Below are positions 51,549 to 62,483 of a DNA stretch of 64,000 nucleotides, one piece after another. Location of the stretch: positions 192,001 to 256,000 of the forward strand of contig CBDBKE010000002.1 in assembly GCA_965206645.1 (NCBI GenBank). The letters run 5' to 3'. Positions within the stretch are counted from its first letter, which is position 1. Each line of letters begins with the position of its first letter. Origin of the DNA: Terriglobia bacterium (GTDB taxonomy: Bacteria > Acidobacteriota > Terriglobia > JAJPHL01 > JAPKYU01). A model generated the notes under the pieces. It was not told the origin of the DNA, ran no database searches, and saw only the letters and a program-made list of their open reading frames with translations. Made by a program: the position numbers and the translations under genes.

Positions 51549-52487
51549 TCAGCTCGATGGCCTGGGAGCACAAAGCCGGTCGGCAAGATCTGCTATGAGC
51601 TCGGCTTTTGCTATTTGCCTTCGCCACCCCATTGGGATTCCTGCCTCCCCATAGTAAGCCCCCGCGATCTGGCCACACACTGCCGCCGTGGTATCTGCGT
51701 CCTGTCCTAGGTTAACGGCTTTCAATATGGCGTCCCGAAAGTTGTCCGTGTGCAGAAAACACCAGAGGGCAGCTTCTAAAGTCTCCACAACGTACCCACT
51801 GGCTCCAATGTCCGATTCAGACTTCCCGCGAAGTTCCCCTTTGGCAATGGTTCGGATGCTGTATTCGAGAGGACTATCCGGCCCCCCCTGGAACTGGCCG
51901 CCGAATAGAATCTCTTCTTTTGACCGGCAGGACAGCGCCTTAACGATCACCCACCCGAGAAACCTGCAAGCGGACACACATTCTGCTGCCCCGTGCGTCG
52001 TTTGCGAACTTTCCCCGGAAAAGCGGACCGCTGCCTGTTCGTCAGGGTAAAAGAACATCGGCACCGGCGCCAGCCTCATGATGCACCCGTTGCCGGCAGT
52101 CAGCGGATGGGTTGAGCCCGCGTACGGATCGCCGGTCTCTTTGAAACGAGCTAACGCAGATGCCACTGTTCTACCAATATCGAAGCAACGACCGGTGCTG
52201 CTAAGGTAACCTTCCTCTGCCCACCGACAGTATCGCGTCATTTGATCATGAGGCTCGAAGCCCCCCTGCTCAACCAAGCTGCTGGCGAGGCACAGAGCCA
52301 TGCTGGTATCGTCGGTCCACTCCCCGGGCTTTAGGCGGAATGGACCGCCGCCGACCATGTCGGTCACGGGCGGGAATGTGCCCCTTGGCTGGAACTCCAC
52401 CGTCGTACCTACAGCGTCTCCGCAGGCCAGTCCAAGGAGACATCCTCGAAAGCGGTCCCTTTCACTGGCCATTGCGCCGGTTTCCAC
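51549..52487 (-). CDS. ADP-ribosylglycohydrolase (DraG/ARH family)
   Basis: GLACGDAVG, WTDDTSM, GNG.IMR..P, THG, DADTTAA; alternative start at 52472. Confidence 0.94.
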   Translation of the reverse strand: METGAMASERDRFRGCLLGLACGDAVGTTVEFQPRGTFPPVTDMVGGGPFRLKPGEWTDDTSMALCLASSLVEQGGFEPHDQMTRYCRWAEEGYLSSTGRCFDIGRTVASALARFKETGDPYAGSTHPLTAGNGCIMRLAPVPMFFYPDEQAAVRFSGESSQTTHGAAECVSACRFLGWVIVKALSCRSKEEILFGGQFQGGPDSPLEYSIRTIAKGELRGKSESDIGASGYVVETLEAALWCFLHTDNFRDAILKAVNLGQDADTTAAVCGQIAGAYYGEAGIPMGWRRQIAKAELIADLADRLCAPRPSS

Positions 52488-52500
52488 TTTTTTCTAATTC

Positions 52501-53739
52501 TTAGTTCTTGATCCGCCGACGGAGCATGTCCAACGCGGTTTGGGTGGCCTGAAGGCGGATGCGGTCTCGCGTGCCCGGATAGTGCTTCTCGATGATCTCA
52601 CCTGCGCGGCCGGCTTCCGCCATTGCCAAGTAGACCAGTCCCACCGGCTTGGCCTCGGTGGCGCCGGATGGCCCGGCGATTCCAGTGATGCTGAGTCCGA
52701 AGTCGGCTCCAAAACGCCGCCGCACGGATTCGGCCAGGATGCGCGCCACCTCTCCGCTGGCGGCCCCGTTGGATTCCAGCACCGAGGCTGGCACCTCCAG
52801 CCAGCGCGTTTTGACCTCGTTGTGGTAGGCTACGAGCCCTCCCAGAAAATAACGGGAACTTCCCGGAACGCGCGTCATGCGTTCCGCCAGCAACCCGCCT
52901 GTGCAGCTTTCCGCCACTGCGAGCGTCTTGCTTTTCATCGTCAGGAACATGCCAACCACTTCTTCCATCGACTGGCCATCTTGGGAAAAGATGTTGTCGC
53001 CGAAAGCCGATTCCAGACGGGAAGCCAAATCGTTGAGGGCACCGCGGGCCTCCGCTTCGTCGGACCCAGCGGCCCGCAGGTGCAACTGAATTTCCCCGGG
53101 TGCAGCCAGGATGGTGGTCGTCGGGTTCTCATACTTGCGGTAGATGGGCGCCGCCAGCTCGTCTACCTGCGACTCAAAAAGGCCGGCGATTTTCAACACC
53201 CGGGTGAGCAACCGCCGGCCGGGCGCGACCTTCTCCAGTCGAGGCAGGCACTGCTGCTCAAACATGGCTTCCATTTCGGAAGGCACGCCGGGCAGCAGCA
53301 TCAGAGCCCGGCCGCCTTCCTGAATCCACTGGCCGGGAGCGGTGCCTCTGGAATTTTCCAGGATCTCGGCGCCTTCCAGGATCATGGCCTGGCGAAGGTT
53401 GATTTCCGGCATAGTGAAGCCGCGAACGCGGAAGCGGTTCTCGATCACTTCGGCGACGCGCGCGTCCCGAAACAGTCGCCTGCCCAGCAGGCGGACCACG
53501 CTTTCGCGAGTGAGGTCGTCGGCCGTGGGTCCCAATCCGCCCATCACCACCACGATCTCGGCGCGCTCGAGGGCGGCGCCCATGGCAGCCGCAATCTGTG
53601 CTTCGTCGTCGCCCACCACCGTTTTCTGCCGAACCTCGATGCCCAGGCGATTCAGCTGGTTGGTGATGAACAGGGAATTGGTGTCCAGCCGGTGCGGCCC
53701 CAGCAGTTCTGAGCCCACGGCGATAATTTCTGCGTTCAT
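52501..53739 (-). CDS. cinA: Competence/damage-inducible protein (MCD + PncC NMN deamidase)
   Basis: AVGSELL, DTNS, GGLGPT.DDLT, LPGVP.EM, AESCTGG, TGIAGP.G. Confidence 0.95.
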   Translation of the reverse strand: MNAEIIAVGSELLGPHRLDTNSLFITNQLNRLGIEVRQKTVVGDDEAQIAAAMGAALERAEIVVVMGGLGPTADDLTRESVVRLLGRRLFRDARVAEVIENRFRVRGFTMPEINLRQAMILEGAEILENSRGTAPGQWIQEGGRALMLLPGVPSEMEAMFEQQCLPRLEKVAPGRRLLTRVLKIAGLFESQVDELAAPIYRKYENPTTTILAAPGEIQLHLRAAGSDEAEARGALNDLASRLESAFGDNIFSQDGQSMEEVVGMFLTMKSKTLAVAESCTGGLLAERMTRVPGSSRYFLGGLVAYHNEVKTRWLEVPASVLESNGAASGEVARILAESVRRRFGADFGLSITGIAGPSGATEAKPVGLVYLAMAEAGRAGEIIEKHYPGTRDRIRLQATQTALDMLRRRIKN

Positions 53740-53862
53740 CCGAACCTCAGTCCAGCCCTAGTGCCGTGGCCGGTTGATCCCGTTCGTCTTATCCACGGCG
53801 TGATTCTCGGCGTTGCTCAAGGATTGGAAGCTTCCCGAGGAACTGAATCACCGGTCACGATA

Positions 53863-54924
53863 CTAGGAGAGCAGCGGCAACCCTCCGACGTCCCAATTCA
53901 GGTGGAAGATGGAACTGGTGTTGGCAAGGATCAGAGAGCGGCCGGCAGTGAAAGCCACCCCTACCAGACCCGCGCCGGAAACGGCCAAATGGGCTTGCTG
54001 GTCGGGAGCGATCCGCACAATTCCCTTGCGGCCACCCAGGGAGGCAGCCACGTAGAGGTTACCCTGAGCGTCGAACGTCATGCCTTGCGGCCGCCCTAGT
54101 CCCCGGTAAAACACTTCCACCTCCCCTGCGGGAGAAATGCGATGGACGCTGTCGAAGCTGGAGGTTGTCGGCCCGGTGACGTAGAGGTAGCGGTCGGGAC
54201 CGAAGGTCAGGTGGTAGGCCGCGATGCTGGCTTCCAGGGTGGCAAACACAAAGATCTGGCGGTCGCGGGAGATCTTGAAGATAGTGCCGCTGCGATCCCC
54301 CACGAACAGGTTCTCTTCGGGGTCAAACGCGAGGCCAGTGGCGACTCCCATGCCCTCCACGTAGGTGGAGAAGGTGCCGTTGGGGGTCACCCGGTACACG
54401 GCGCCTTCGTGCCGGCTGGAGACGTACAACTGCCCTGCGCGGTCGAAAGCCAGGCCAGAGGGATTCATGATGTCAGTGACGAACGGTTTGGCGGCGTAGT
54501 TCAAATCGATTTTGTAAATCGAGACCGGCACCTTCTGGCCCCGGGTCCCACTGAAGGTCACGAAAATGTTCCCCTCTTCATCCAACGCGGGATTGGCCAC
54601 CGGATGCAGATTTTCAGCGATCGCGACCCCGACTTCAAACTCGTAGGAATTACTGGACCCGAAGCCGGTGCGGATGGTGACTTGGCCGGAGATGGCTCCC
54701 TCCGGGACTCGCGCCACCAGGAAATTTTCGGAACTCACCACCAACTGCGCTTCGACATCGCCAAATCTGACCCGTGGACGGTGTTGGTTGCCGGAAGCAA
54801 ACCCGGAACCGCGAATCATCACCTCGCCTCCGGGGATTGCCGCGCGAGGAGTGATTTCAGCGATCAGGGGTTTGCCGTCGGACGGTTTTCGGTTAAACAA
54901 TTGCGAAAGTCCTTTGCGCGCCAT
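53863..54924 (-). CDS. IPT/TIG domain + SMP-30/NHL-type beta-propeller protein
   Basis: N-terminal Ig-like domain (GGEVMIRGSGF); repeated P.GLAFD..G.LYV units. Confidence 0.8.
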   Translation of the reverse strand: MARKGLSQLFNRKPSDGKPLIAEITPRAAIPGGEVMIRGSGFASGNQHRPRVRFGDVEAQLVVSSENFLVARVPEGAISGQVTIRTGFGSSNSYEFEVGVAIAENLHPVANPALDEEGNIFVTFSGTRGQKVPVSIYKIDLNYAAKPFVTDIMNPSGLAFDRAGQLYVSSRHEGAVYRVTPNGTFSTYVEGMGVATGLAFDPEENLFVGDRSGTIFKISRDRQIFVFATLEASIAAYHLTFGPDRYLYVTGPTTSSFDSVHRISPAGEVEVFYRGLGRPQGMTFDAQGNLYVAASLGGRKGIVRIAPDQQAHLAVSGAGLVGVAFTAGRSLILANTSSIFHLNWDVGGLPLLS

Positions 54925-55401
54925 CTACATGCCCAACCACACTGCCACCCGGACGCCAGCAAACGCATAGACTCCAGCCCAGCAGTCGTCTGCCACAACG
55001 CCCCAGCCGCCCGGCAACTGCTCACTGCGGCCAGCCGGAAACGGCTTAATGATGTCGAACAGCCGAAAAAGTATAAAACCCAGCAGCCAGTATTTCCAGC
55101 CCGCCACCCCTAAGTGGCCACGCGGCACAGCGGCCAGTGCGATCATCTGGCCCAGCACCTCATCGACGACCACCAGCCCCGGATCGCGCTTGCCGAACTG
55201 CTGCTCGCAGATCCCGGAAGCCCACACAGCCGGTGCAAACAGCACCGCAACCGCCGGCAGCAGCCAAAGCGGTGAGAGCCCCGCCGGCCAGAGCAGTAGA
55301 TACAGCGCTACAGCGACGGCCGAGGCCAACGTGCCGGGCACGAGCGGAACATAGCCCGCACCGAAAAATGTCCCCAGGAGTAAGCCAAGCCGCCGCGTCA
55401 C
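54925..55401 (-). CDS. pgpA: Phosphatidylglycerophosphatase A
   Basis: G.G..P..PGT..S, DP..VVVDEV.G, FRLFDIIKP.P, GVVADD. Confidence 0.94.
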   Translation of the reverse strand: MTRRLGLLLGTFFGAGYVPLVPGTLASAVAVALYLLLWPAGLSPLWLLPAVAVLFAPAVWASGICEQQFGKRDPGLVVVDEVLGQMIALAAVPRGHLGVAGWKYWLLGFILFRLFDIIKPFPAGRSEQLPGGWGVVADDCWAGVYAFAGVRVAVWLGM

Positions 55402-55405
55402 TTGC

Positions 55406-55645
55406 TTATCTTTCTCTCCCCTTTCGGCCGTCCCCTCTTTCGGCGTCCTCCCCTTCCGCTTCCCGCCGGGACCCGCCCCGCACCGGCTCTCCTGCTTCCT
55501 CTACGTCGGGAAGCGGGGACTGGATCACGTACCGTTCCGAAGCCCAGTTGCCCAGATCGATCAACCGGCAGCGCTCGCTACAGAAGGGCGACAGCGGAGA
55601 GCGCCGTTCAACGGGCTTCTTGCAGATGGGGCACCGTATCTGCAT
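55406..55645 (-). CDS. yacG: DNA gyrase inhibitor
   Basis: CPIC...[15 protein letters not shown]. Confidence 0.93.
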   Translation of the reverse strand: MQIRCPICKKPVERRSPLSPFCSERCRLIDLGNWASERYVIQSPLPDVEEAGEPVRGGSRREAEGEDAERGDGRKGRER

Positions 55646-57059
55646 ACTCCTCCCGCAACACAGCCAGCACGGGCGCGCGACGTTCCACCGGCTCCGCGGG
55701 CAGAACCTTGCCCAGCAGGTCGTAGTCCAGCGCCCGGGTGATCTTGACCCGAACGAAGGAACCCGCCTCCGGCGGGCGGCCAGCGACGTCGTGGATCAGC
55801 ACCTTGCCATCGATCTCCGGCGCCTGGCCAGCCAGGCGGCCCTCCCACAACAGTTCGGTCTCCTGTGACACTCCTTCCAGCAGCAGGTCGAAGCTGCTGC
55901 CAACCATCTGCCGGTTCTTGCGCCGGGAGATCTTCCGCTGAATGGTCATGAGGCGACGGCGCCTGTTGTGGATCGCGCGCTCGTCCACTTTGCCGTCGAG
56001 CTGGTAGCTGGCGGTGTTCTCCTCATCCGAATAGGCGAAAACACCCAGCCGGTCAAATTCCGCCGCCTCGACGAACTGGCAGAGCTGCTGGAAATCTGCT
56101 TCGTTCTCGCTCGGAAAGCCGACGATCATCGAAGTGCGCAGGGCCACCCCGGGGATGGTGCGGCGGATGCGCTCCAACAATCTCAGGAACTGGTCCCCAT
56201 CCTGCCCCCGACGCATGCGCTTCAGCACCGAGGCGCTGGCGTGCTGCAGCGGAATATCCAGGTACTTCACCAGGGCCGGCCAGGCGGCGATGGTGTCCAG
56301 CAGCCGCTGGCTGACCCGGTTCGGGTAGCAGTAGAGGAACCGGATCCAGCCGCCGTCGCGCTCCAGCCCGGGCAATTGCGCCAGCCGCTCCAGCAGCAGC
56401 GCCAGGCCATCCCGGATTCCCAGATCTTCCCCATACCATGTGGTGTCCTGCCCGACCAGGACGAGTTCCCGCACTCCCTGCGACAACAACCGCTCCGCCT
56501 CGGCAACCACCGATTCGAAACGGCGGCTGCGGAACGGGCCGCGGAGCTTAGGAATGATGCAAAAGCTGCAAGTGTGGTCACAGCCTTCGTTGATCTTGAT
56601 GTAAGCATAATGCCGCGGCGTGGCCAGAACCCGCGGCGTCAGGTCGTGGTAGAGGTATGGATCCAGCACCGGCAGCAGCGCCGACTCTGCTGGAGCCGTG
56701 TCCTGGCAGGCGCTGACAATGCGTTCCACCTCGTTGATGCCTAGCACCGCATCGACTTCGGGAATTTCCCTTTGGATCTGCTCGCGGTAGCGCTCCACCA
56801 GGCAGCCAGCCACAATCAGCTTGCGCGCCGTGCCTCGCTTCTTGTGCTCCGCCATCTCCAGGATGGCAGCAATGGACTCCTTCTTGGCCGGGTTGATAAA
56901 GCTGCAGGTGTTGACGACCAAGACTTCGGCCTCCTCGGCGCGGGGGGTCAACTCGTACCCGCCACGGGCCAGCAGGCCCATCATCACCTCGGTATCGACC
57001 AGGTTCTTGGGACAGCCCAGGCTGACAAATCCGACTTTCGGCATAACTTTTTTCGGCAC
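55608..57059 (-). CDS. rimO: Ribosomal protein S12 methylthiotransferase
   Basis: [37 protein letters not shown] domain. Confidence 0.96.
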   Translation of the reverse strand: MPKKVMPKVGFVSLGCPKNLVDTEVMMGLLARGGYELTPRAEEAEVLVVNTCSFINPAKKESIAAILEMAEHKKRGTARKLIVAGCLVERYREQIQREIPEVDAVLGINEVERIVSACQDTAPAESALLPVLDPYLYHDLTPRVLATPRHYAYIKINEGCDHTCSFCIIPKLRGPFRSRRFESVVAEAERLLSQGVRELVLVGQDTTWYGEDLGIRDGLALLLERLAQLPGLERDGGWIRFLYCYPNRVSQRLLDTIAAWPALVKYLDIPLQHASASVLKRMRRGQDGDQFLRLLERIRRTIPGVALRTSMIVGFPSENEADFQQLCQFVEAAEFDRLGVFAYSDEENTASYQLDGKVDERAIHNRRRRLMTIQRKISRRKNRQMVGSSFDLLLEGVSQETELLWEGRLAGQAPEIDGKVLIHDVAGRPPEAGSFVRVKITRALDYDLLGKVLPAEPVERRAPVLAVLREEYADTVPHLQEAR

Positions 57060-57148
57060 AACTTTCGGCCCAGCTTTAGGCCCAGCGTTTAGGCAAAGAA
57101 AACCTCAGGACAGACGAGCTGGAGTTAAAACAAGATTCTAGCACAGGG

Positions 57149-59217
57149 TCAGCCGCGCGCGCCTTGTTGGACTCGAACCAGCAAGCTGTAAAGGTGAGGT
57201 ACGAGGTCGACCGCCCCGCCAAACCGCGCGCTCTCGTAAGCCACGGTAAATTCCGCGACCAGAGGAGACAGCAGCGGGTCTCGAACAGTGGGGAGAAACT
57301 CACGCGCTGACATACTGGGCGTCTTCCGATAGCCGCGGCGGGCCAGCAAGTCCAGCAAGCGCTGGTAGGCAACAGTGGCATCGGGAACGGTGGCGCGGCC
57401 GGATGCGATTTCAGCCGGCCGAGCGCCGCCTTCAGGCGCGCGGCCAGCGCCTGGTACTGCTGCCGCAGGTAATCGCGCGTCTCGGTCGTGGCCTTCCGCG
57501 AACCGCGGTTCATGTTGCGCATCAGCGTGAACTGGCGGGTGAAGTCGTAGTTGACGACCCAGTCCACCCAGAAGGCCTGAAACGCGTCAAGCCACAGGGC
57601 CAGCCGGCCGAAGGTTCCCCGGCTCTGTACTCCGGCGGCCGGAGTGGGGTCGAAGGGGATCCAGCCCAGAGTGGGAAAATAGGCTTCCACCCAGCTATGC
57701 GCATCGCTGGCCCGCACCACATAGAGTTCCGAGATGTCGTTGAATTCGCCGGGCAGGAAGCCGTTCACCATGCGGGACGGAATGCCCAAGGTACGCAGCA
57801 TCACCGTCATGGCCGAGGCGAAGTACTCACAGTGGCCGCGGCGCTGCTCGAACAAAAAACCAGCAATCGGATCGTCGCCAGTGAACGGCATCTCCAGCGT
57901 GTAGCCGTATTGGGTGCGCAGATGTTCCTCCAGCATCAGTGCACGGTCATAGGAATTGCCGGCGGCGGCGGTGACCTGCTGCGCCAGCTCTGCCACGCGG
58001 AGATCCATGGAGGGCAGCTGCAAGTAATAGTCGCGTGGGTGGGGCCCGATCCACTCCGGATACTCGGTGGGTTCGGCCCGCAGCTGCCTCGGGTCGGGTA
58101 TTGCCAGGTTGGAGACGGCGTCGTAGCGAAGGGCGGCAAAGCTCCGCCTACGCAACAGCACCGCGTCGCTGGCATCCACCTCCAGCAGGCGGAAGCGTCC
58201 GGTCACCTCCTGCGGAATCGGGATCAGGAACAGGTTGGCGGAGGAGATGGGCGCCAGATACACCGTGTAGGCCAACTCCTGGGACGGGTGGTAGGCTGGC
58301 CCGCGCTGGAAGAAGAACCGGCCCGCCCCGCTCATCCTGGCCGCGCCGCCCGGAGCCGGCACCGCGGACAGTACCGTACTGCCAACGTTGGTGTTGTACC
58401 AGCGCCTGCCGTCGAACTGCGCCAAGGCGACACCTCGCCACCGCAGCTGCTGCAACTGCGGCGGAAGCCACTTGAAGCGGACCCGCATCACCACCATGCT
58501 GGTCTTCTTAATGTCGCCGATTTCGCCCAGGGTGACGTCGTCGGAGAAGCCGGCGATGTGCTGCGTCTTGGGGGCGAAGCGGCTCAGGTAGCCGGTTGTG
58601 TAGCGTGGGAGGACGAAGAAAATCAACCCGCCCAGCAGAAGCACACTGATGCTGACCAGCACCGAGGTGGCACCTAAGCTGCGCAGCATCGGCCCTCCGG
58701 GCACCTCAGCTGGATGCGCCGCCCGCTGGTAAGAGCACCGGATTTCGTAGCTGGCGAAGGTGGCGATCCCGAAGATCAGGAACACGAGGAAGAACGCCAG
58801 GAATGTGGTGTCAATCGTCAGGATAGCTGCCAGCAGCATCTCCAGGAAGGCCAACACGGCCAGGTACAGGAAGTCACGGTTCACTCGCGCGGAGAACAGC
58901 TTCATCACCATCACAAAGAACACCAGGTGGCCGGTGGCCTCGACAAAAGCGCGCGACAGAAACAGGTAGTCGAAGGCGTAGAAGAAGAAATAGGCAACCG
59001 TCAGCCGGGTGACCGTGGAGGGCGACAGCGAGAAGCGCGAAAGCCCCAGGAACGCCAGTCCCCGCAGCGCCAGCGCCCCGCCCACAAAGAGCACCGTCGG
59101 GGCGTCCAGCTTGCCGGTGGCGGCTACCGTGACGAAGCCGGTGGCCACGAACAGGAACAGCGATAGCTCGAAGAAATAATCTATCGCTTCCCTTCCCTGC
59201 CCCCAGGTCCGAACCAT
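57149..59217 (-). pseudogene. DUF3488/transglutaminase-like membrane protein; C-terminal DUF4129-like domain out of frame
   Basis: WRG, GHCEYFASAM, HSWVEAY, DPTP; after ~57400 the plausible tail (ATVAYQRLLDLLARRG..AREF..YESARFG) continues in another frame to the stop at 57149. Confidence 0.75.
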
Positions 59218-59343
59218 ATGCGAATATCGTACACCAGACAGACGGGGGCGGTCCTCGCATCGAGCCGACCGAGTTGGCCCTGGCTACTTTTCGGCGCAGC
59301 AAGGCGGGGAATGACAGGCAGGCACGGCTCTGGGGGAATCGTG

Positions 59344-60120
59344 CTAGTGGCGGAATCTGTCCACCACTCGGTCAAAAAAAGTTTTCCGGCGGGAGAGGGT
59401 CGGTGGCTCGGGAGAAATCGGTTCGCTTTCCAGCGCGGCCCGCGGATACTGGTTGAAGATTAGCTCAGCCAGGTCGTGCCCGAACTGCCCCGCAACCTCG
59501 TTGTAGGCGGCCCTAAGCAGGGGCGGGCGGTGAGTCGTGTTGTGCGCGTCGCTGGCGACGAAGTGGATCATGCGGCTTTCCAGCAGCCACCGACAGAAGT
59601 GAACTGCCGACTTTCCGAAACGTCCCAGAAGGGATCCGGCAGTCACCTGGACCAGTGCCCCAGCTTGTACCCAATCGAACAGTTGCCTCCCGGCGGACAT
59701 CAGCCAAGGATTGCGCTCCGGGTGAGTCACGATGGGGATCATCCCCCGCGAGCGAAACTGAAAGAAGGTCTGGTCCATGTGCGGCGGGATGGCGAAATCG
59801 GCGAATTCCACCAGCAGGTAATGCCCGTGGTTGATGGTGAAGCGGCGCGGGGCGGCCAGCGCGCTTTGGAGGTTCTCGTAGGAAAGGTGGAAATCACAGC
59901 CCGGGTACAGGTGTGGCACGCCACCGGATTGCGTGGTGACCTCCCGGATTTTTCGCTCGACTAGGTCAGGATCGAACGGGTAGCGGTCGTTGGCGTGCGC
60001 CGTACAGACGATCGCTTCAATGCCGTCATCGGCGGCCATCCGACACATCTCAAGCGAGGTCTCCAGGTTTTTGGCTCCGTCGTCCAAAGCCGGCAGGATG
60101 TGGCAGTGGATGTCCACCAT
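59344..60120 (-). CDS. CpsB/YwqE-family (PHP) tyrosine-protein phosphatase
   Basis: MVDIHCHILP..DDG, YLLVEF, THPERN, ASDAH..RPP. Confidence 0.93.
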   Translation of the reverse strand: MVDIHCHILPALDDGAKNLETSLEMCRMAADDGIEAIVCTAHANDRYPFDPDLVERKIREVTTQSGGVPHLYPGCDFHLSYENLQSALAAPRRFTINHGHYLLVEFADFAIPPHMDQTFFQFRSRGMIPIVTHPERNPWLMSAGRQLFDWVQAGALVQVTAGSLLGRFGKSAVHFCRWLLESRMIHFVASDAHNTTHRPPLLRAAYNEVAGQFGHDLAELIFNQYPRAALESEPISPEPPTLSRRKTFFDRVVDRFRH

Positions 60121-60220
60121 AGGCAGGACTATAGCCTTCATGAGACATAAAACGCTAGAAGGGCGGATGTCGCAAGCGGAAGGCAGAAGCGCGCCCTTGA
60201 ACTGCGAACCTGGGACTAAT

Positions 60221-61159
60221 TCACGATGAGCGGGCCAGGAACTCCAGAACCTGAGGGCGGGAAGGAATCGAGCTCTGCGCGCCATAGCGGGTGACGGAAA
60301 GAGCAGCAGCAGCATTGGCATACTCGATGGCCGGTTCCATAGGCCGGCCCTCGGCCAGAGCGGCAGCCAAGGCGCCGTTAAAAGTGTCGCCGGCGGTAGT
60401 GGAATCCACCGCCGTCACCGGCCAGGCGTGGAAGTGGGCGCGCAGTGGTGGGCAGGCGCAGTAGGCGCCGCGCTTGCCCAGCTTCAAGATGACGCCGCGC
60501 GCTCCAAGGCGCAGCAACCGCTCCGCCAGCGGCCCGGGTTCCTCCAGATCCAACGCGGAGGCCGGACGGCTCACGAGCGCCAGAGCCTCGGTTTCGTTGG
60601 GAGTCAGCAGGTCCACCCGCGCCAGCAGTTCTCCAGGAAGCCTGCGCGCCGGTGCAGGATCCAGCAGAGTGGTGGCCCCATGCCGTTTGGCCATCTCCAG
60701 CGCGGCGTCCACGGTTTCCATCGGCGACTCCAGTTGCAGCAGCACCAGGTGAGCTTCTGCGAATCGTTCCTCGAGAGTCGCCAGATCCGAAGGCCGCAGC
60801 AGCCCGTTGGCCCCCGGCGCCACCACAATCTGGTTCAGCCCGCCCTTCTCGACGACGATCAGGGCCACTCCGGTCGGCTCACCTTCGGTCGGCGAAACGA
60901 ATTGCGTGTCCACACCGGCCGCCGATAGCGAGGCCAACAGCCGCTGGCCAAAGACATCGTTGCCGACGCGGCGGGCCATGGCGACCGGCACTCCAGACGC
61001 TGCCAGCCGCGCCGCGGCACAAGCCTGGTTGGCGCCCTTGCCGCCTGGAACCATCTGGAATGAGCGGCCCGGCACCGTGGCGCCAGGCGCTGGCAGTTGC
61101 TCGACCGACACCACGAAATCCATGTTCAGGCTGCCCACGACCAGGACACCGTTCTTCAC
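60221..61159 (-). CDS. rbsK: Ribokinase
   Basis: VVGSLNMD, GGKGANQA, LQLE, TPNETE, AGDTFNG, GAQSSIP. Confidence 0.92.
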   Translation of the reverse strand: MKNGVLVVGSLNMDFVVSVEQLPAPGATVPGRSFQMVPGGKGANQACAAARLAASGVPVAMARRVGNDVFGQRLLASLSAAGVDTQFVSPTEGEPTGVALIVVEKGGLNQIVVAPGANGLLRPSDLATLEERFAEAHLVLLQLESPMETVDAALEMAKRHGATTLLDPAPARRLPGELLARVDLLTPNETEALALVSRPASALDLEEPGPLAERLLRLGARGVILKLGKRGAYCACPPLRAHFHAWPVTAVDSTTAGDTFNGALAAALAEGRPMEPAIEYANAAAALSVTRYGAQSSIPSRPQVLEFLARSS

Positions 61160-61320
61160 CAGCGGCTCGCCTTCCGAATGCGCTTCTTGGCAGACTGCAC
61201 TCTTTGGATTATCACACCACGTGTGTCAGCGGAACGAAGCTGCACCCCACAGTCTATAATTGACGGCAGACCAGCGAGACGATATGACTTGCCAGACCGG
61301 CTTTCTATAGGGAGGAAGGT

Positions 61321-61581
61321 ATGGCGTTTGAGGACACATGGGCCGATATCGAGCGGTATGCTGGCGAGGTCTTTTACCGGCTGGGCGGCCAGTCATTTAC
61401 CTACGAGGTTTACCCCGACCACCTGAAGCTCTCGAATGCAGACCAGCTTCTGCTGAAGAGCGCCCTGGAACGGGCCTGTGCCTCTGGCCGTCCCGCCACA
61501 GTAACTCAACTCAAGCAATTGGGCTTGCCCAGCCCGTCGCAGGTCTTTGCAATTCTAACAGACCCGCGGATTCGAGTCTGA
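61321..61581 (+). CDS. Small hypothetical protein
   Basis: Strong RBS (GGAGG), clean 86-aa ORF ending AILTDPRI. Confidence 0.7.
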   Translation: MAFEDTWADIERYAGEVFYRLGGQSFTYEVYPDHLKLSNADQLLLKSALERACASGRPATVTQLKQLGLPSPSQVFAILTDPRIRV

Positions 61582-61678
61582 CGGCTGGTTGCGCACTCGT
61601 GGCATGTACCTCAACCCTTCCTTACGCCGGCTCCGAGGACTCCAACCGGCTACGCATGGGTTCTCCCTTGGAGAGAAC

Positions 61679-62386
61679 ATGAGAAGGGCGAAGACGTATG
61701 ATCCGAGGCTATATGACAGTCGGTATTATGAACGGGTTGCTGCCTGGTCGCAGTCAGACAAATATCATTTCGAATTGCAGGAATTGCTCGACCACTTGGA
61801 ACTAAAAGAGAAAGACACCGTGCTCGACGTTGGTTGTGGCACCGGGCAAGCGATGCGCTATATCAATGCCAGGTATCAATGCAAGAGTTTTGGTCTGGGC
61901 AAGAGTTTTCGTCTGGGCAAGGTTCTCGGGCTGGATTTCCCCCCGGGCTGGGTTGCGCCAACGGATCTAAAGGGATTTGCGCGCGCAGATGCAATCGGCC
62001 TGCCTTTCGCCGATGCGACATTTAGCAAGATCTTGTTACTCCATGTAATTGGGCATGTGCCGCATCCTGTGACAGTGTTAAAAGAAATCCACCGTGCTCT
62101 TGTTCCAAAGGGAAAATGTGGCATCATTACGCCCAACCGATTGCCTGTCGCCTGGTATAAGCTCCTGAACAAGCTGGGAATTCCGGCTCATCGCCCGGAC
62201 CCTACGGTGCTTCGATTATTTTCCTGCCGGAATCTTGTGAAGCTTTTGCATATGTCCGGGTTCAGCAAGTATTTTGTACGTTTCCATGGCAGTTTTCCAC
62301 CGCCAGTTCATAAATTACAACCAAGCTTGTTCGGGAGATTAGAGTGTCTGCGTGAACGCATCATTTGCGTTGCGGAAAAAGATTGA
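61679..62386 (+). CDS. Class I SAM-dependent methyltransferase
   Basis: VLDVGCGTG, DAIGLPFADATF, LKEIHRALVPKG; lower GC than neighbours. Confidence 0.88.
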   Translation: MRRAKTYDPRLYDSRYYERVAAWSQSDKYHFELQELLDHLELKEKDTVLDVGCGTGQAMRYINARYQCKSFGLGKSFRLGKVLGLDFPPGWVAPTDLKGFARADAIGLPFADATFSKILLLHVIGHVPHPVTVLKEIHRALVPKGKCGIITPNRLPVAWYKLLNKLGIPAHRPDPTVLRLFSCRNLVKLLHMSGFSKYFVRFHGSFPPPVHKLQPSLFGRLECLRERIICVAEKD

Positions 62387-62483
62387 GCAATGCTAACGAC
62401 CCTCTGAGCAGCCAGCCCAAGGGTTTCGACAGTGGCCAACTGGCCCCCGGACATTCAATTCCACCAAACGGGTAGAAGACGAC

